DNA of 64,000 bases, from positions 80,290,001 to 80,354,000 of the forward strand of contig NC_043001.1 of NCBI RefSeq assembly GCF_006345805.1, written 5' to 3'. Origin of the DNA: Octopus sinensis (taxonomy: Eukaryota). A program made the position numbers and the translations under genes. The notes beneath the pieces were generated by a model that saw only the letters and a program-made list of their open reading frames with translations, was not told the origin of the DNA and searched no databases. Within the stretch, counting starts at the first letter, position 1. Each line of letters begins with the position of its first letter. Of this stretch, positions 63,200 to 64,000 are shown in pieces.

Positions 63200-63440
63200 A
63201 TTATTGTCGATAAAACTGGCGAGAATGGAATCTATGCATGGGGAACCCGTCGGAATAAATCCACTTGGAATTCAATGTGTTAGCTTAGTTTGTTTGATTT
63301 TTTTGTTTTGTTTGATTTTTCCAAATTGTACCACGCTGATTTTCTGCCCGAGAATTGCATTAAGACTATACGTATCCGCGGGATACTCAACCGTTCAGAC
63401 TATTATATAATTCGTAGGTATTTCTGTTAGTCGAAACTGG
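63200..63440 (+). mobile_element. Possible PLE 3' end with decayed hammerhead
   Basis: EPVGINP resembles the PLE terminal P.GIN. Downstream GACUA/UAGUC-GAAA-CUG…CAG-UA, but the CUGANGA box is not intact. Confidence 0.3.
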
Positions 63441-64000
63441 AATAATCAGTATCGAAACTGACGGAAGATCCTTACTCTCTCTCTTTCCTCACTTCTTTCT
63501 TTCTTCCTTCTTTCCCTTCTTTTCATTACCTCTTTCTTTTTCCTTTTCTTTTTCTTTTTTCTTTTTTTTTCCATTAAAATAATCTGTGATTGTTGTTCAA
63601 ACACCGAATTAAGTGAACGAATATTAGACGCAATTTTCGCACTCTTCACAATCTTTCTGATCTTCAGGCATTCTTTATTATTATAAGGGGCTGGGTGGTT
63701 GGCTTTCGGACAATGCCATTTCTCCTCGGACACACAACAACAACAACAACAACAAAAATATAAGCTGAATAAAAACAAAACAAAAAATGGTAAAAGATAA
63801 ATACGCAGTTCGTCCAGCATAAACGGTTTGGTTCAAGGCTTGGAAGCGTTCTTCGATCTCAGCATACCTAACATACTTCGAGTCTACAGATCATCACCCG
63901 TAACTGCTTTCAATTTGGCTGTTCAGCACCAAAATCAAAAACAAGACCTAGAACACAGTAATGTCATTAGCAACGGCGCCAAAAACAAGAATTCCGCCTC

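Noticed and set aside
63446-63820. 124-aa minus-strand ORF (…KIASNIRSLN…)
   Set aside because: Both ends are simple repeats. The faint resemblance to a LINE endonuclease start is too weak to call.

Overview
AT-rich, microsatellite-saturated eukaryotic DNA that is intronic or intergenic. The SINE families match those I recall from octopus (coleoid cephalopod) genomes; this is inference and no search was run. I find no host protein-coding gene that can be called confidently, no rRNA or true tRNA gene and no CRISPR array. Nearly all listed ORFs are translations of (TA)n, (TG)n, (CAT)n and similar tracts. The real coding relics are all transposon-derived: Penelope-like element (PLE) RT and GIY-YIG pieces, RTE/BovB RT and 3' ends, an R4/Dong-type endonuclease tail in (TAA)n, two pogo/Tigger transposases and hAT fragments. 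There are also several MITEs, Helentron-type non-autonomous elements and many tRNA-derived SINEs. The signal the ORF track misses is about 20 minimal type I hammerhead ribozyme motifs (CUGANGA...GAAA, with short, often palindromic stem III) from at least 8 unrelated sequence families. They sit in short PLE-type termini that run into (TA)n tracts. These termini repeatedly occur as head-to-head inverted pairs (7 loci) and repeatedly land in the internal microsatellite of one SINE family (4 loci). Several copies share non-canonical cores (CUGUNGA, CCGANGA), and one is clamped inside a long helix. Also notable are a PLE carrying an internal RTE RT fragment, a large inverted pair of elements built from ~55-60 bp CCAAT/AP-1-motif subrepeats, and an 858-bp tandem duplication that may be an assembly artefact.
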